A DNA stretch of 63,079 nt, counting the filler, from Reticulomyxa filosa (lineage: Eukaryota; Protista; Foraminifera): NCBI GenBank assembly GCA_000512085.1. It is 18 parts of 18 records of this genome, joined end to end, with 100 filler letters (N's around TTAATTAATTAA, not from the genome) between each part and the next. Parts side by side here need not be neighbours in the genome. Positions count along the whole stretch, not along the records: positions 46,050 to 51,346 come from ASPP01007632.1; positions 51,447 to 52,931 come from ASPP01005710.1; positions 53,032 to 61,979 come from ASPP01021513.1; positions 62,080 to 63,079 come from ASPP01043558.1; 14 more parts are not named here. One strand, written 5' to 3'. Below the pieces are notes generated by a model. The model was not told the DNA's origin. It made no database searches and saw only the letters and a list, made by a program, of their open reading frames with translations. Below, piece by piece: positions 50,272 through 63,079 of the stretch (its first letter is position 1; each line of letters opens with the position of its first letter). The position numbers and the translations under genes were made by a program.

Positions 50272-50877
50272 AAAATTAAACTTTTTTTGTTGAAATCATT
50301 CACTTTTTTTTTTTGTACTTTTTCAATTTTTTTTTTGTCTTGTTAAAAACAAGTTGTAAAGTTTTATATCATACCGAAAGATAGGTATCTTCCTGGGGGA
50401 GTAAGCCTGGCATTGGCCCAAATGACGACATCTGCACGGTTAAAAAAGAGGAATTTTGTTCAAAAAAACAAGAAGGGTTGTTTTCACGAAGGAGCGAAAA
50501 GGAAAGTGAAGGCTTCCTTGAAAGGATCGCTTGAACGTGTCACAAAAAGAAAAAAACTCAAGGACAACGTTGTCTTATACTATGACGACGATCAGTGCGT
50601 TCATGAAAAGAAAATTTTTTTTGTTGGGGAATGGTATTTAAAGAATGAAATACTTGTGTTCAGACTTTTATTATGGACCATCTCAGACGAAAGACCAATT
50701 TATCATTTCACAATGTTCAAAAAAAAAGTTAAGAAAAATGCAAAAAATCTAATAAATGAACTCCAATGAATAAAGACTGAAAAGGACAAGTAAGAAATCA
50801 AAATGAGGAAATATAAACGTTTGAAAAGACTTTTACAAAAAAAATAAAAATAAAATTGGGGGTTACTTTGTGAAATT

Positions 50878-51263
50878 ATGTCTACAGCGATTACTTCTTT
50901 GACAGAAGTGAATGACAAGAATAATGAAGATTACGAATTGGAAAGGGTGATTTATCACTGCCAAGAGCTCTTGCGTACCTACAGTGGTGAGATTGAGCCT
51001 CTGTTGTCGTCTGCAGTACTTCGATTGATGGATGCGGGTGAAGACAAGTATGAAAACTTGCAGTCGACAGTGAGGTACCACATAAACGAATGGCGTACTG
51101 CAGTTGGTGTGGTACAAAACAAAGTGTTACAAGGACGAAACAATTACAACCATTTACTGGCTCACAACAAAACCTTGGAAGGTTTGGAAAGAATACAATG
51201 GCAAATATGTCTATGTCTATGTCATATGTATATGTATACAACACAGTGTTACCATGACACTAC

Positions 51264-51296
<33 letters not shown>

Positions 51297-51346
51297 GAAT
51301 TGGATGAAAGGGACCAACTGATCAAATCCATACAGACAGAAATGAC
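50878..51346 (+). CDS. Hypothetical coiled-coil protein (3'-partial)
   Basis: ATG ORF with helical/heptad character and a probable intron after ~51180. Confidence 0.5.
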
Positions 51347-51446
51347 NNNNNNNNNNNNNNNNNNNNNNNNNNNNNNNNNNNNNNNNNNNNTTAATTAATT
51401 AANNNNNNNNNNNNNNNNNNNNNNNNNNNNNNNNNNNNNNNNNNNN

Positions 51447-52931
51447 TTCTTCTTCTTCTTCGATGGAGATAGAGACAGAAGAAAAAGACATTGCACACGC
51501 TACTGCGTCTAATCATGCTCAGTCCCCTTTCCTTCGATTGGCCAAGGAGTTTTTGAGACAAAGTCTAATTGGAAAACAAGTGCGTCTGTTGTGTGAATAC
51601 CAAAAGAAGTCCAAACACAGCGCACATGCCAAGCCGCACAAGTTTGCCGCCGTTTTCGTTCAGCAGCAGTTCTGTGATCACTACTAAAACTATGTATAAT
51701 GAGGTCTCTACGACCAGACAATATATTACATATAATGCAAAATATTGTTGTTGTTGTTGTTGTTGTTGTTTTTTTTTTCCCCACAGAAATATTGCCGTGG
51801 CGTTGGTACGTGCAGGACTGGCCGAGGTCGCCCAACACAAACCACACGAACCCAAAAGCATGGCCTACTTAGAGCTGCAGAAAGCAGAGCAAGAGTTATA
51901 CCTATATACCTATATACCTATATACCTATATACGTATACATATATGTATATATAACTCTTTAAATAAAAATGAAAACACACACAAAATTAGAGCAAAGAA
52001 AGACAAGAAAGGCATATACGGCGAGGAAGTTCCCTTCGAATTGTGGGACCACAGCGAGGATCATGACAGCTTGACCCCGAACGTGATGCGCCGACTGGAG
52101 GAGTATTTGAGGGGACAGAAGCGCAAAGTGGTTGTCGACTTTGTGTTCAGTGGCGATCGGTTCAAAATACACGTTCCGGAACAAAAGTGCTTATTGCCAT
52201 TCGGCTTGGCCAATGTACACTGTGATCCCTACTACTCCCAAAGTCAAGTGCTTGGTTTTGATTCCGGACGCGCTGCTTATCTTTACACCAAGCGTCGAAT
52301 TTTGCAAAAAGATGTACGTATTTATATGTAAATATCCATATCCATATATACATACATATATATAATATATATGTATATAAGGTGGAGGTGGAACTAACCC
52401 AAGTGTATCAAAAAGAATTGATCCCCATATGGTTTGGCAAAGTATACGTAGATGGGGTGGATTTGGGACTCGAGCTGTTGCAAAAGGGATTGGCAAAGGT
52501 GGCAAACTTGCAATCGAAATCGAAATTGCGTCCGGGATCGTCCAACACAAGTAGTGTGCCACCGGGATATGCGGAAGCGGAAGCGGCGGCGTGCAAAGCG
52601 TTGGTCGGACGATGGGAAAGCGTGATGGCCAGGGCGAAGCAGAAAAAAGAGGAAGGAATGAAGCGGGACAAGAGAGGCCAAGAGTTGACCGTCAGTGTCA
52701 GTCACATTGACAGTGCCGTTCAGTTTTGGATAAATACCGACGACGGCAACCGTGCTTTGGAACGATTGGAGGAACAAATGTCTCGTCTTCAACATCGAAG
52801 AGCTCGAGATGTGTCTAGTCGCAAAATCGTCGCAGCTTTGTTTGATGGCTTGTATTGTCGTGCGAAAGTTCTCCAACCAAAAATTATTGAACAAGACAAC
52901 AACACCACCAACAACGACGACATAGATAAAG
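51447..52931 (+). CDS. SND1: Tudor staphylococcal nuclease (SN3-SN4-Tudor region; partial at both ends)
   Basis: AKEFLRQSLIGKQV, NIAVALVRAGLA, KAEQE|AKKDKKGIY, VVDFVFSGDRFKIHVP, RRILQKDVEVE, LLQKGLAKV, VSHIDS..FW, AALFDG.YCRAKV. Confidence 0.88.
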
Positions 52932-53031
52932 NNNNNNNNNNNNNNNNNNNNNNNNNNNNNNNNNNNNNNNNNNNNTTAATTAATTAANNNNNNNNNNNNN
53001 NNNNNNNNNNNNNNNNNNNNNNNNNNNNNNN

Positions 53032-53071
53032 TGCCATTTTAGGTGTCAACTTTACTTTGCATTCTACTGTA
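53032..53071 (-). mobile_element. Probable Tc1/mariner-type TIR at the contig start
   Basis: Reverse complement TA-CAGTAGAATGCAAAGTAAAGTTGACACCTAAAATGGCA matches 23532-23571. Confidence 0.65.
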
Positions 53072-53656
53072 GAAAGAACGCTAATGTGAAACACAAAATA
53101 GTGTTCTAATTTGTGCATAAAATATTGATAAAGTACAATAAATTGAGAACATTATTATTATTTTAAAAAAATATTATTATTTATGAAAGTCAATTTAGAT
53201 AATTGAACAAATAACAATTGATTAATGTACTTTGTATGAACTAATATTGAAGAAATTATAATAAACATATATTATCAAAATTAAATTATATACATAATTA
53301 TATATGTACAATTATGAAATCAAAAATAATATAGTGCAAATCAAATATAATATAAAACAACAAGCGAAAAATAGTTTAAAGTTTTAATTAAACTTCAAAA
53401 TATCAAAAAAAACAAATTAAATATTATATATTGCAAGTGAAATTATTTTAGCATGCTAAATTAGATATTCTGAACATTGTTTTCGAATTGTTGAAGTCTA
53501 ATAAATTGTATTATATATAATTATTTCAACAAATTAAAGTAAAAAAAACAATGATTATTATCAAATAAAATATTTAAATGTTAAATTGCAACTTTGTAGC
53601 AATGTTGTTTCAATATTGTTCACTTAATCTTCGTTTTGTTAGTCGCAATTTTGAAT

Positions 53657-53751
53657 TACAATCGACAGCTAAAAAAGATATACATAAAATGAACACATAT
53701 GAACATTAATGTGTTCATTTTATGTATATCTTTCTTTAGCTGTCGATTGTA
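53657..53751. mobile_element. Hairpin MITE (Tc1/mariner superfamily-derived): ~40-bp TIRs, 10-nt spacer, flanking TA
   Basis: TA-CAATCGACAGCTAAA(G)AAAGATATACATAAAATGAACACAT inverted repeat with a single indel. Confidence 0.75.
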
Positions 53752-56037
53752 TATATGACTCAAATTTCAACTAGTATAAAAAGATTTACTGGAAAAAAAA
53801 TTTTTCACATTAGATTATTTTCTTTGTATATTGTCATTGTTGATGTTTTTACCACGAACGTTGTTAAAAAGAAATCTTTTGAAGTGATTCTTCGAAATTC
53901 TTTCGTATACACTAGATATTACAGTATCCAGTTGATACTATCTTCAATTTACTTCAAAATAAAACTTTTGTAAAAGTTTACGAAATGAGCTTGTGCAAGT
54001 TTATAGTTAATCCAATATATTTGACAAAAAGAAAATGTCATTTGATATAAATGCTAGATTATACTAAAAATCAATTGAATTCAAAAATCACTCTATTTGG
54101 GGAGTATATGCAAGTATTTCATCAAAGGAGATTTGACTTCTTCTTGTCAAAAACAGCTAATACAAGGAATTTGGGACAAAAATTTTCATTGTCCAACTGG
54201 TTGTTTAGATGATAACACAACACAGGTCAAATAATAATATTTTGGAAAATTTTGGTACGTATTTGCCCTATTTTCGGCTTCTTTTTGTATTTTCAACAAC
54301 TATCTTTACTTTGTTTGTTTTTGTATTTGCATGTTTTGATGTTAACTTGCATTAATAACTATGTGGGATTCTACGGTGAAGAGTTTCACTAAATGTAATA
54401 CGAAAGAGTGTTACTCGAAATGAGAGTGACTTTCAGTAAACAAAGTAAATTAAAGAATAAATCAAAGGACAAAAGAAAGTAAAGAAAGCAAGTAAGTAAG
54501 AGGTAGTTTGTTGAGGAGGTTTAACCCAAAGGGAGCTCCTCAGTTCCATAAGCGTTCAGCCATGCGTGATAAGGGCTTGTCCTACAACTATATCTAAAGG
54601 CACAATGCCCTCGCAATTAATGGTGTGTGAATAGATCGGAAAATTACAAAATTATCACCTGGTGTATATCAGTGAAAAAACATTGATTTTAGCCAACCTA
54701 GAAAAAAGTAATTTCATATTTAAAAATTGTAAAATATGTAGATATTTTTAATGGAAAAAATCGATTCTCTTCATAGGGATGCCATTTTATGCTAGTTTTT
54801 TTGCAACATAATGTAGTAACAACAAAAAAAATAACTACACTTTTTTAATAAATTAATTAAATTTTCTTGACATTGTGAATAAGAAAAATGACTCATATTT
54901 ATAATATTTTCTAAAAAAGAGAAACTTCAAGAAAGTGGAAAGTGCTGGCCCTCTGTGAGGCATTCAATAAAAAACAAGTAAATTAAATCAAAAAGAAAAC
55001 AAGAACTTAAGTTCATTGTGTTGAAGAACAAGCATCTTTATCAAGAAGTGTTATTGCAAATATATTCTATGGTAATATCAGAACAATATATGTTCACTTT
55101 GCTTTGAATGTGAATGCACAACAACTGCAGCAATTATATGATATATTTAACAACAAACAATCGTTGTCGACTGGCTTAATAAAAATATATATATAAATAT
55201 ATCTTAATCATCTTGGTCATATCGATCATAGTTGGAAAAGCAAGATTTCGATATGTCTCGAAAGACCAAGCAAGTCAAAAGAGCTTTTCTTCAAGTAACA
55301 GGCCAATACAAAGTCTGACAAAGAAATTTTCAAACAAATTTTTTATCTTTGTGTAAAAGATTGGCTACCACTCGCTACTCAACTAGTTATTTTTTTTATT
55401 GTTAGTCGCTCGTAGAAAAAAAAATCATGTGTTGTTGTCAAATCAATGCTGAAAACCAATACGTGTGAGTTTTATAAGTTACTCAAGAATTTGATATTTC
55501 GAAGAATGCGTTTTTCTTGATTCCAGCCCCGGCAAAGACTCGTACAATAAAGATTTTGATCTTCTGACGAATTAATTTATCCTCTATGACTTTCAACGTT
55601 CGAATAAGCTCAAGTAATTCAACTTGTTTGTGTTCATTGATTTGTTTTTAAATTAGATTCTAATCAAACTATTTTCATTCAGTGTATTTTAAAGTTTTTG
55701 TGAAAACAGCCAGTTGGAACAAACTCCACGTTGGTGTCCATAATATTTAAAAGAAATATTAAAATGTTTTTGTTTATTGTTTTATTTTTTTTTCAGAATA
55801 ATAGTAGTTTCTTGAGCAGTACATGATATTACTACAAGACAATAATTATAACAAAATCAATGAACACATTTTGTGTATTATTGAATGAACATGATAATGA
55901 GATAACAATAACACCAAATCATGCAAAAAATGTTTGTTATTTTGTTTTGTTTTTTTTAATTTGTTTGAGTAAAACAAAAAAGTAAAAACAAAGACAAAAC
56001 AAAGAAGCTGCGAAAAAAAAGTAACAATTAAGGCTTT

Positions 56038-56505
56038 TCAAGAAGAAAGCAGAGAAGCCAAATAATCAAACACTTTTTTTTGGTCGTCTCCATTAAGTAT
56101 TAATATCTCTTGCAAGATTTGACCGATACCTCGTGAGTGTGGATGAACAAAAGCTTTACGATAATAATAGACAAATACCGACATAAATATTTGACAGTTC
56201 ATGCAGTCAGTGATTCCCCCGTGTCCGGGAATAGAGTCCCCAAAATCTTTAATTTTGAATGCTCTTTTAAAACTGACGCAAAAAAAAACCCTCCAAAGGG
56301 GGGCAATGATGGAAGCAAACATTACAAAAAAGGCGTGGATTTGAATGGGCGTCAGTTTCCATGTTTGCCACAATTCCAAGTTCAAATGGACCAAAACACT
56401 GGCAATTTGAGGATCAGGACGACAATGCTGGATATCCCAAGACAAATGAACGTCAAACATTACCGCGCAGCACAAAAAAAAACACCAAGATGTTCATAGA
56501 TAACT
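56038..56505 (-). pseudogene. CDS1: Phosphatidate cytidylyltransferase (CDP-DAG synthase) C-terminal fragment, degenerate
   Basis: FKRAFKIKDFGDSIPGHGGITD signature; DRxD is changed to DCMN; a local double frameshift affects APFGGFFAS; no upstream exons recognised. Confidence 0.75.
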
Positions 56506-59036
56506 GAACAAAAAAAATTAACAAACAAAAAAAATTAATAAAATAAAAAAGGGGTAACTGAAAAGTTTTTTGTCCTTTGCTTGATTATGCTAACTGGCGT
56601 TTTCCAATTTCTTAGCACTGCTATTTTTTATATAAACTGTGTAATAGAAAAGATAGAACGTTTATAAGCATTAGGAATAGATTAGAGCTAAGCTTGTGGC
56701 AATGTGCGTTTGTTAATTTTTTTTTTTTGGCATTACTTTAGTTTGGTTCATTAACTCGAACTGGAAGAAAAAAAGCGTTAAACGATAAAAGGGTAAAAAA
56801 AAAAAGGGAGCAAATCACTTCATCAAAATCTAATGATGCTTCATCAAAAGATGGCAGTCAGACGATACAACATTCGAAACAGGTTTGTTAGTGGCTGCAG
56901 TATGTTGATTGAATTTATGTTTGATGTTGTTAGTGTATTACTGGCAGTGTCGAACGGAGTGTTGAGCTGTTCGCGACAAGATATAGCAATGCAAGTGGAA
57001 ATTCTGGCTGGTAGTAATAGTAGCAGACATAGTCAAGAGCGTAAAAATCACAATTTGGCATTACTGCAAAGATACTTATGGAAGAAACTGAAAATATCAA
57101 AAGAGATACAAGATGAGTGGCAAAAAGAAAAGATGTCAATGACAAGTAAGAAAACGAATGTGATATACTGTTACACTTTCGATATGGAAAAAGTGCAAAT
57201 GATATACCACGAAAAAGCACAAATGATAAAAGTGTTCAAAGATTGGATTGACAAAGAGACAACATATTTAACTCCATATTTTGTTCAAAACAGTCCACTT
57301 GGTTTGCGACTTTGCGCAGTAGGGACAACACGCCAGGAAATGATGTTCAGTAAAATATTGGACCACACAATAGCGCAATGTCAGACCATGCACTTCACAT
57401 GGATTCTGGTAGCATACTTTCAAATATTTTTGAACGTCCCGCTATATGTTCCTCTAAGATATATAGTGCTGACTGTCTACGATATGTTTCTTAAAGAAAT
57501 ATATCAACGGACGTTCTATCACATTCCTGGTGGAATTCTATGACCTTCTAGTATATGTACTATTAACTAGGATAGCATTAGCTCTTCTCAATTATAGGAT
57601 TTCTGCTAGAATTCATAGTAGATAGCCTAGGGGCCGGCATAAAGACCCCTCCAAATTTCTCTAACTCAATTTTTATGTAACAATTCTGGCAATTGTAACT
57701 CTTTAATTTTTCAATATTCCAGTATTTTGTCAAAGTACAATGATGCAATTTCCTGATAATCTAATCATTAAATAAATATAGAGTTCATTGACTGATTCGT
57801 ACCACCATTGTGCTCTTTTCAAAAAAAATATTTGCATTTGATATTATTTCTTTGACGATAAAATTTGATATTTTTCAAAGCAAAACTGTTTTTAAAAATA
57901 ATTAATCGAACATATGCTAAAAAGATTTCTTTCAGAAGTTTCAACATTGGTTTTTATTCGTTTAGCAAAAAAATTTTGCAAGTAATTGAAAAATGCATTA
58001 AAAAAAAAGTTGACTTGTTGAAAGAATAGTCCATGCACACGTTGTACCAGTGCACAGAGGGAGAAGCAACTTTAAATCAAAAACCTCAACAAAACAGTAG
58101 GTGGACATGTTGCACACGGCAAGGATCAAAGACTCCTGATTCCTGCAATTTCTTTATCATTTCTTGCCTGTCGACAACGTGTTCAAGCTTGGTAGTTCTC
58201 AACTTGCCATGTCCATTGACTTTCTTTGCGTTGATACCGTCATAAATAAGCAGACCATGGCTTCTCAAAAATTCGTACTGGGCTCGGGTCAAGTTAGTAA
58301 ATCCCCAAGTGTCTCCACAAATAAAATATTATTTTTTTCATTGATATTTGCATGTCATTTGTACAAAAAATGTTGAATGTCTAGAAATAACCACATGAGT
58401 TTCTAAAGAGCTACATGTTTTACTTCTTTGACCTTATCAATAAGAATCTCCTTTTTTTTTGTTTTACTCTAATTTTATTGAGCGGATAAGAAACACTCCA
58501 ATTTTTTCGGAGTAGAAATTAGATCATAATCCTATTTTAGAAATGCCAACAAAATATCGCTATTTATCTCGAAGTTATTGTATTTATTAAAAAAAAATTA
58601 TATTTAAATTCCTATTTGTACTGGAATACAGAAAATACATGTGCTTTTATTATAGTCAATGCTAACCTTTTTCATTAAAAAAAAGAGTATTTCTTTTTAA
58701 AAGGATCAACTTTTTTTCATCCCCCTTTTTAAAAAAGTTGAACAATCGAATTTTTGTTTAAAAAAATCCTTGTTAGGTTTTTATGTAATAAACCATAATT
58801 TAAAAAAGCTATTTTATTTAAATTGAAATGTAATCTTCTGAACAATAACTTATAACAAAGAATTCAACGAAATTAAATGCTATCATATCTCAATTTTTTA
58901 GCATCACAAATTTGCGATATTATTTAATTTACCGAGTTTTAAATAGAAAAATACACAATGTAAAATATTTTTGTTTTCTCAAAAAGGGTTAGATCACGGT
59001 CCCTTTTTCTAAAAAAACTTCCTAAACATTAACAAC

Positions 59037-60335
59037 ATGGCCAAGCAAACTACAACACAAAACGCTCCTAAAAAAAAAACTGAACAAAGTCGACAGATTA
59101 CTACCCAGTTTCAAACTTTGAAGGGGTTGCCCACTCCACTAACAGAATCTCAATGTGTGCTACACAAACACGAACTCCTCATTTGTGGTGGTTATCTTAG
59201 CAGAACTTGTTATTCTTATCATACACTCAAAAACAAAATACAAGTTTATCTGTGAGTATCCAAGAGATGTTAAATTATGGGGACACAGTATAGTGAAACT
59301 GGTAGATAGCAACAGTAACAACTACAAACACAACAATAAAATCACTTTGTTGTCTTTTGGGGGATTTCATAACCATATATTGGTGATGAAATATGTAAGT
59401 GTTTGGAGTGATGACAATAATAAAGATGGTGAAAATGAAATGAATAAATCAAAACAATCGAATAAATTGAACAAATCAAATAATTACAATCAATGGTTTT
59501 CTATCACAGACGATCACAGTAATACAATTATCATTGGAAGAGATCATGGTCATTGTTATCTCGGAGCGCGTGCATTGATTGGTGGAATTAACAATCATTT
59601 GTTATTTATCACTTATGAAATAAAGGATATTAGTGTGTTTGATTTAAATACATTTCAATTTATTAAACATGATACTTTACCAACTAATAATTCTATTCGA
59701 TATCATTGCTTTGTATCAAAATCAGCAAATGGACAAGTACAAGAAATGATGAAAACAAATGAAAAAAATAAACAAAATTATCAAATGCTGTTGTTTTGTT
59801 TGAATACAGGATTATCAATAGAATATGATGAAGATAACAACACTTTTCAATTGCATCTACCTGTTTGTGAGAGTATTGTACCATTCGATCAATATGCATA
59901 TGTGTGTGTGTCAATGATATCATCTTGTTCTTTGGTGGATGGAATGATGCTGCATTTACTGTTTCAAAATCACTGCACAAGTATTCGATTTGAGAAAACA
60001 AATGTACGACATTTGAAAACGCTTTACCCAATCCATTATTAAATTGTGTTGCAATATGGAACGAAGAAGACAATGACATACACATTATTGGAGGATTAGA
60101 TGATAAAAATAAAATAGTATCAACCCACATGAAAACAAAAGTGCGTGAACGGGATTCTTCACAGTTGGTAATGATTTGTTGATTTATGATTTATTTTGAT
60201 AAAACACAAATAAATGATGATCTGATGAATAGTCAAAAAAAGAAATAAGACTTGTTATTCAACATTGGGTTCGAATTTTAATGATAAAATTTGGATGAAT
60301 CGATGATTTTAATTAAATTATTTTTAAATACAGTA
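59037..60335 (+). pseudogene. Kelch-like beta-propeller family member with frameshifts and stops
   Basis: LPTPLTESQCVLHKHELLICGG, LLSFGG, RALIGG, ILFFGG and IHIIGG blades spread across shifted frames; TGA/TAA in the last exon. Confidence 0.8.
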
Positions 60336-61299
60336 TATTAAATAAATTTTGAAAAATTATAATTATTTTCAAATTATATCTAATAACGAATAATAAATTC
60401 ATTTTTTGATTTTTTCATTCGTTTGTCTGACAATTTGACTTTTGATACTGATTTCACTTGTTGGATATCATTCGTCAATTCAATTATTTTTGCATCCTTT
60501 TTCACAGATCAATGTTGTAAATCGTCTTTTTTTCGACAATTTAAACATTAATTAAAATCAAATCCTTAAATAAAACTGTGTACACTAAGTTGTCGAATCT
60601 TTGAATACTTTTCAAATTCACAAAAATACAAAAAAATGACAAAAATGTTTTCACTTTTTCAGTTTGCAATTGCGATTGTAAATCCTTAATAAATAATATC
60701 AAAAAGAAAAACAAAAATAAATAAATAAAATATGGAAATTGCTTCAATCAAACTCAACAAAGCAAACATTTTTTTTCTTTTTGAATTAACCAACACAAAT
60801 AGCAAGATATAGAGTTGCAATAACGTAAGATTGAAAGATTATCAAAATGATATAAGTGAAGTTTGTAAAGTGAATGTACCTTATTGAAAAAAACAAAAAA
60901 AAGACTAGCTTATTTTAAGCATAAAATCGAGTGGATCATTTTTTTCAGACAGTTTCAAATGTGAAAACTGCATATAATTATATCATCAACGTTCATCATA
61001 GCGCTAGCATTGTAAAACTCGTCACAGTAATTGGGATTCGCACGACAATTTCAAACTCTGTAGTATCAATTCAATCCTACACCAAAGTTATATCATAGTT
61101 AATGCTATTTCATCAAAAATTTATCTTGTCTAAACTTCATTCTTTGCAAACAAGAATATTGGTTTTTTGTAATTTGAGTTATTCTGAGACAACAAGCTGA
61201 ATTCAAAATATTGTTGTTTTTTTTACGACAATAATTACAAATATCAACACAACGCAGTCAATTTTTTTTTTTCTTTTTGAAGAACATACTTAAAAAATC

Positions 61300-61900
61300 A
61301 AATTTGAATATATTTGATAATAATTTGACCAAGATCATCGATTCAACCTAATTTTATCTTTGAAATTTGAACCCAATGTTGAATAACAAGTCTTATTTCT
61401 TTTTTAACTGTTTATTATTTGTTGATAATGTCATACAATCAAATTAATTTTTGTTTCATCACAAAAAAAGAAATAGCTCAAATAAAATTACCAAATGTGA
61501 AACATCACGGTACACTTTTGTGTTCATATGTATTAATACATTATCATTGTTTCATTTTCTTAAAAGTGTATTTCATATAAGATAATTATGGTATGTGTTA
61601 TTTCTCTTTGTCAAAATCGAAAATACATTAATATTTTTGAAAATGATTTCAAATTCCAATTTATCACTTCTCTTTAATGTAAAATTTTAATGGAATATGT
61701 TGTTTAAAATTACAATAATATTATCTGATTGACATAGAGTGCATTTAAATAAATACCCTGCACATGCATAACATATTTAAAAAAAATTTTTTGTTCAAGG
61801 TAATAATTCAAAGTAATATTTGAAATACAAAATTTGTTTATTGTGTAGGAAAAGAATGTCTATAAATGCATTTGAACGTGTTGGTTAGTAAATACAAAGG
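61300..61900 (-). pseudogene. Second, more decayed Kelch-like family copy, tail-to-tail with the first
   Basis: Shares AAAAAAGAAATAAGACTTGTTATTCAACATTGGGTTC with 60235-60272; HMNTKV and YACAGY..NALYVN remnants. Confidence 0.6.
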
Positions 61901-63079
61901 TCCAATTCTCGAATTTGAAGTTTTTAACTTTGTGTTGCGTCTTTTTTTTACACAGCTGCATTATTTGAGATTTTTAAAGNNNNNNNNNNNNNNNNNNNNN
62001 NNNNNNNNNNNNNNNNNNNNNNNTTAATTAATTAANNNNNNNNNNNNNNNNNNNNNNNNNNNNNNNNNNNNNNNNNNNNATGTAAAATGAATGAAAGTTT
62101 AGTGAAATCTTTCTGATTGATATCACTTAATTTTTGACTGACACTGTGGAAAATATACTTTCTTATAAAAAAGTAAAAACTAACTAAATTGCGCTAACCT
62201 TCAAAAAGAAAAAAATCTTGACTAGAGACGGAGGAAGCATGGAAGATCAAAAACAGGGGATGGGAGATCGAAAAAGAAAGAAATTGTGTTGATTTCTAAT
62301 GAATTTTCACTGAGAGGTGCTTTTGAAGGTAGTGCTACTTTTTAAACAAAAATTCGAATGCTTTCCTTTTTTTTCAAGTGTGGCAAAAAAGTAGAAATGC
62401 AATAACATTATGTCGTTTATTAATATCCGATTACATACATTGGTGTTGATTGTAAATGTCTTTTTATCAGCACAAGTTTTTTTGTTTTCCAATAAATATT
62501 ATCTAGATATCTGATGATTTTGAAATTATGTGAAAGTAATCAAAACAAATATCTTTAAAAATTATCAAACTAAGCATTAAAAGTTAATGTCAAAATCAAA
62601 AAATCAAAGTTTAGTAAATATATCATCATTATTTTATTCGCTTTGACTCAAAAAATTTAGGCATATCCGCAAGATAAATAACAAAGTCTTATAAATTCAT
62701 GAAAAAATATCAAAAAATGAATCCTGAGCAAAGCCTGATTGCTTAGATTATAAAAATAACAGTTGAATTTAACATATTAATCTGTCACAAACTCAAAACA
62801 AAAATAAAAAATTAAAAACTTTAAATCTAACAATTTAAGCTTTGTTTTTTTTATCAATAACAACAAATAATTGATTCGTGTTTAGGATATTCGGATCTTC
62901 AAAATTTATTTCATACAAAATGTTAATCAATAGAATAGAAATACTCTTTTCCAAAAAGACAGATTGATTACTTCTTTCAATGAATCAAACAGAAAAAATT
63001 CTGATGATATTATCCCCAAACACAAATATCACCTCCGTTTGTACCATAATATAGGTTAATATCCTCATTGTTTTTTCTT

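Noticed and set aside
54512-54542. GC-rich hairpin TGAGGAG..CTCCTCA considered as a hammerhead ribozyme
   Set aside because: Lacks the CUGANGA/GAAA core arrangement.
56833-57543. 236-aa ORF faintly reminiscent of a non-LTR retroelement C-terminus
   Set aside because: No CCHC knuckle or PD-D motif identifiable; left unannotated.
58086-58292. Coding-like 68-aa minus-strand ORF
   Set aside because: No recognisable domain or linked exons.
60290-60320. Alternative genetic code (TGA=Trp)
   Set aside because: Intact genes in the window use TGG for Trp and TGA as a stop (for example SDHAF1); the in-frame TGAs I noticed are in loci with other lesions.

Overview
This window is not a continuous locus. 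It is 18 short contigs joined by an artificial 100-nt spacer (N44-TTAATTAATTAA-N44). Sixteen contigs are AT-rich, intron-rich eukaryotic nuclear DNA. Their gene families (lineage-type RING/TRAF, WD40 and Kelch-like expansions) and homopolymer-rich introns resemble the foraminiferan Reticulomyxa as I recall it; this is an inference, not a search result. Two contigs (29380-30515 and 43213-44293) are GC-rich, intronless bacterial DNA encoding a TetR regulator and a DUF6602/PD-(D/E)XK-like nuclease. Recognisable eukaryotic genes are G-beta, SDHAF1, GSK3, an FHA protein, a tandem-GAF protein, a C2H2 zinc finger, a nocturnin-like enzyme, acyl-CoA dehydrogenase, POLR3B, a Rab2-like GTPase, a DUF900 hydrolase, a CAMK-like kinase, a MATH/BTB-like protein, Tudor-SN and a CDP-DAG synthase fragment. 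There is also a decayed DD34E Tc1 element with related inverted-repeat ends and a MITE. The most notable observations are: (1) an apparent in-frame fusion of a NAC-beta domain to a catalytically degenerate UDP-sugar pyrophosphorylase; (2) a 165-nt tRNA-like RNA with a long hairpin in place of the D/anticodon arms; (3) a ~35-aa helical module placed N-terminally on a WD40 protein and C-terminally on Kelch-like proteins; (4) introns with poly(T)-poly(A) architecture and A-tract acceptors; (5) a candidate Sm-site snRNA. Exon boundaries were read by eye and are approximate unless stated.
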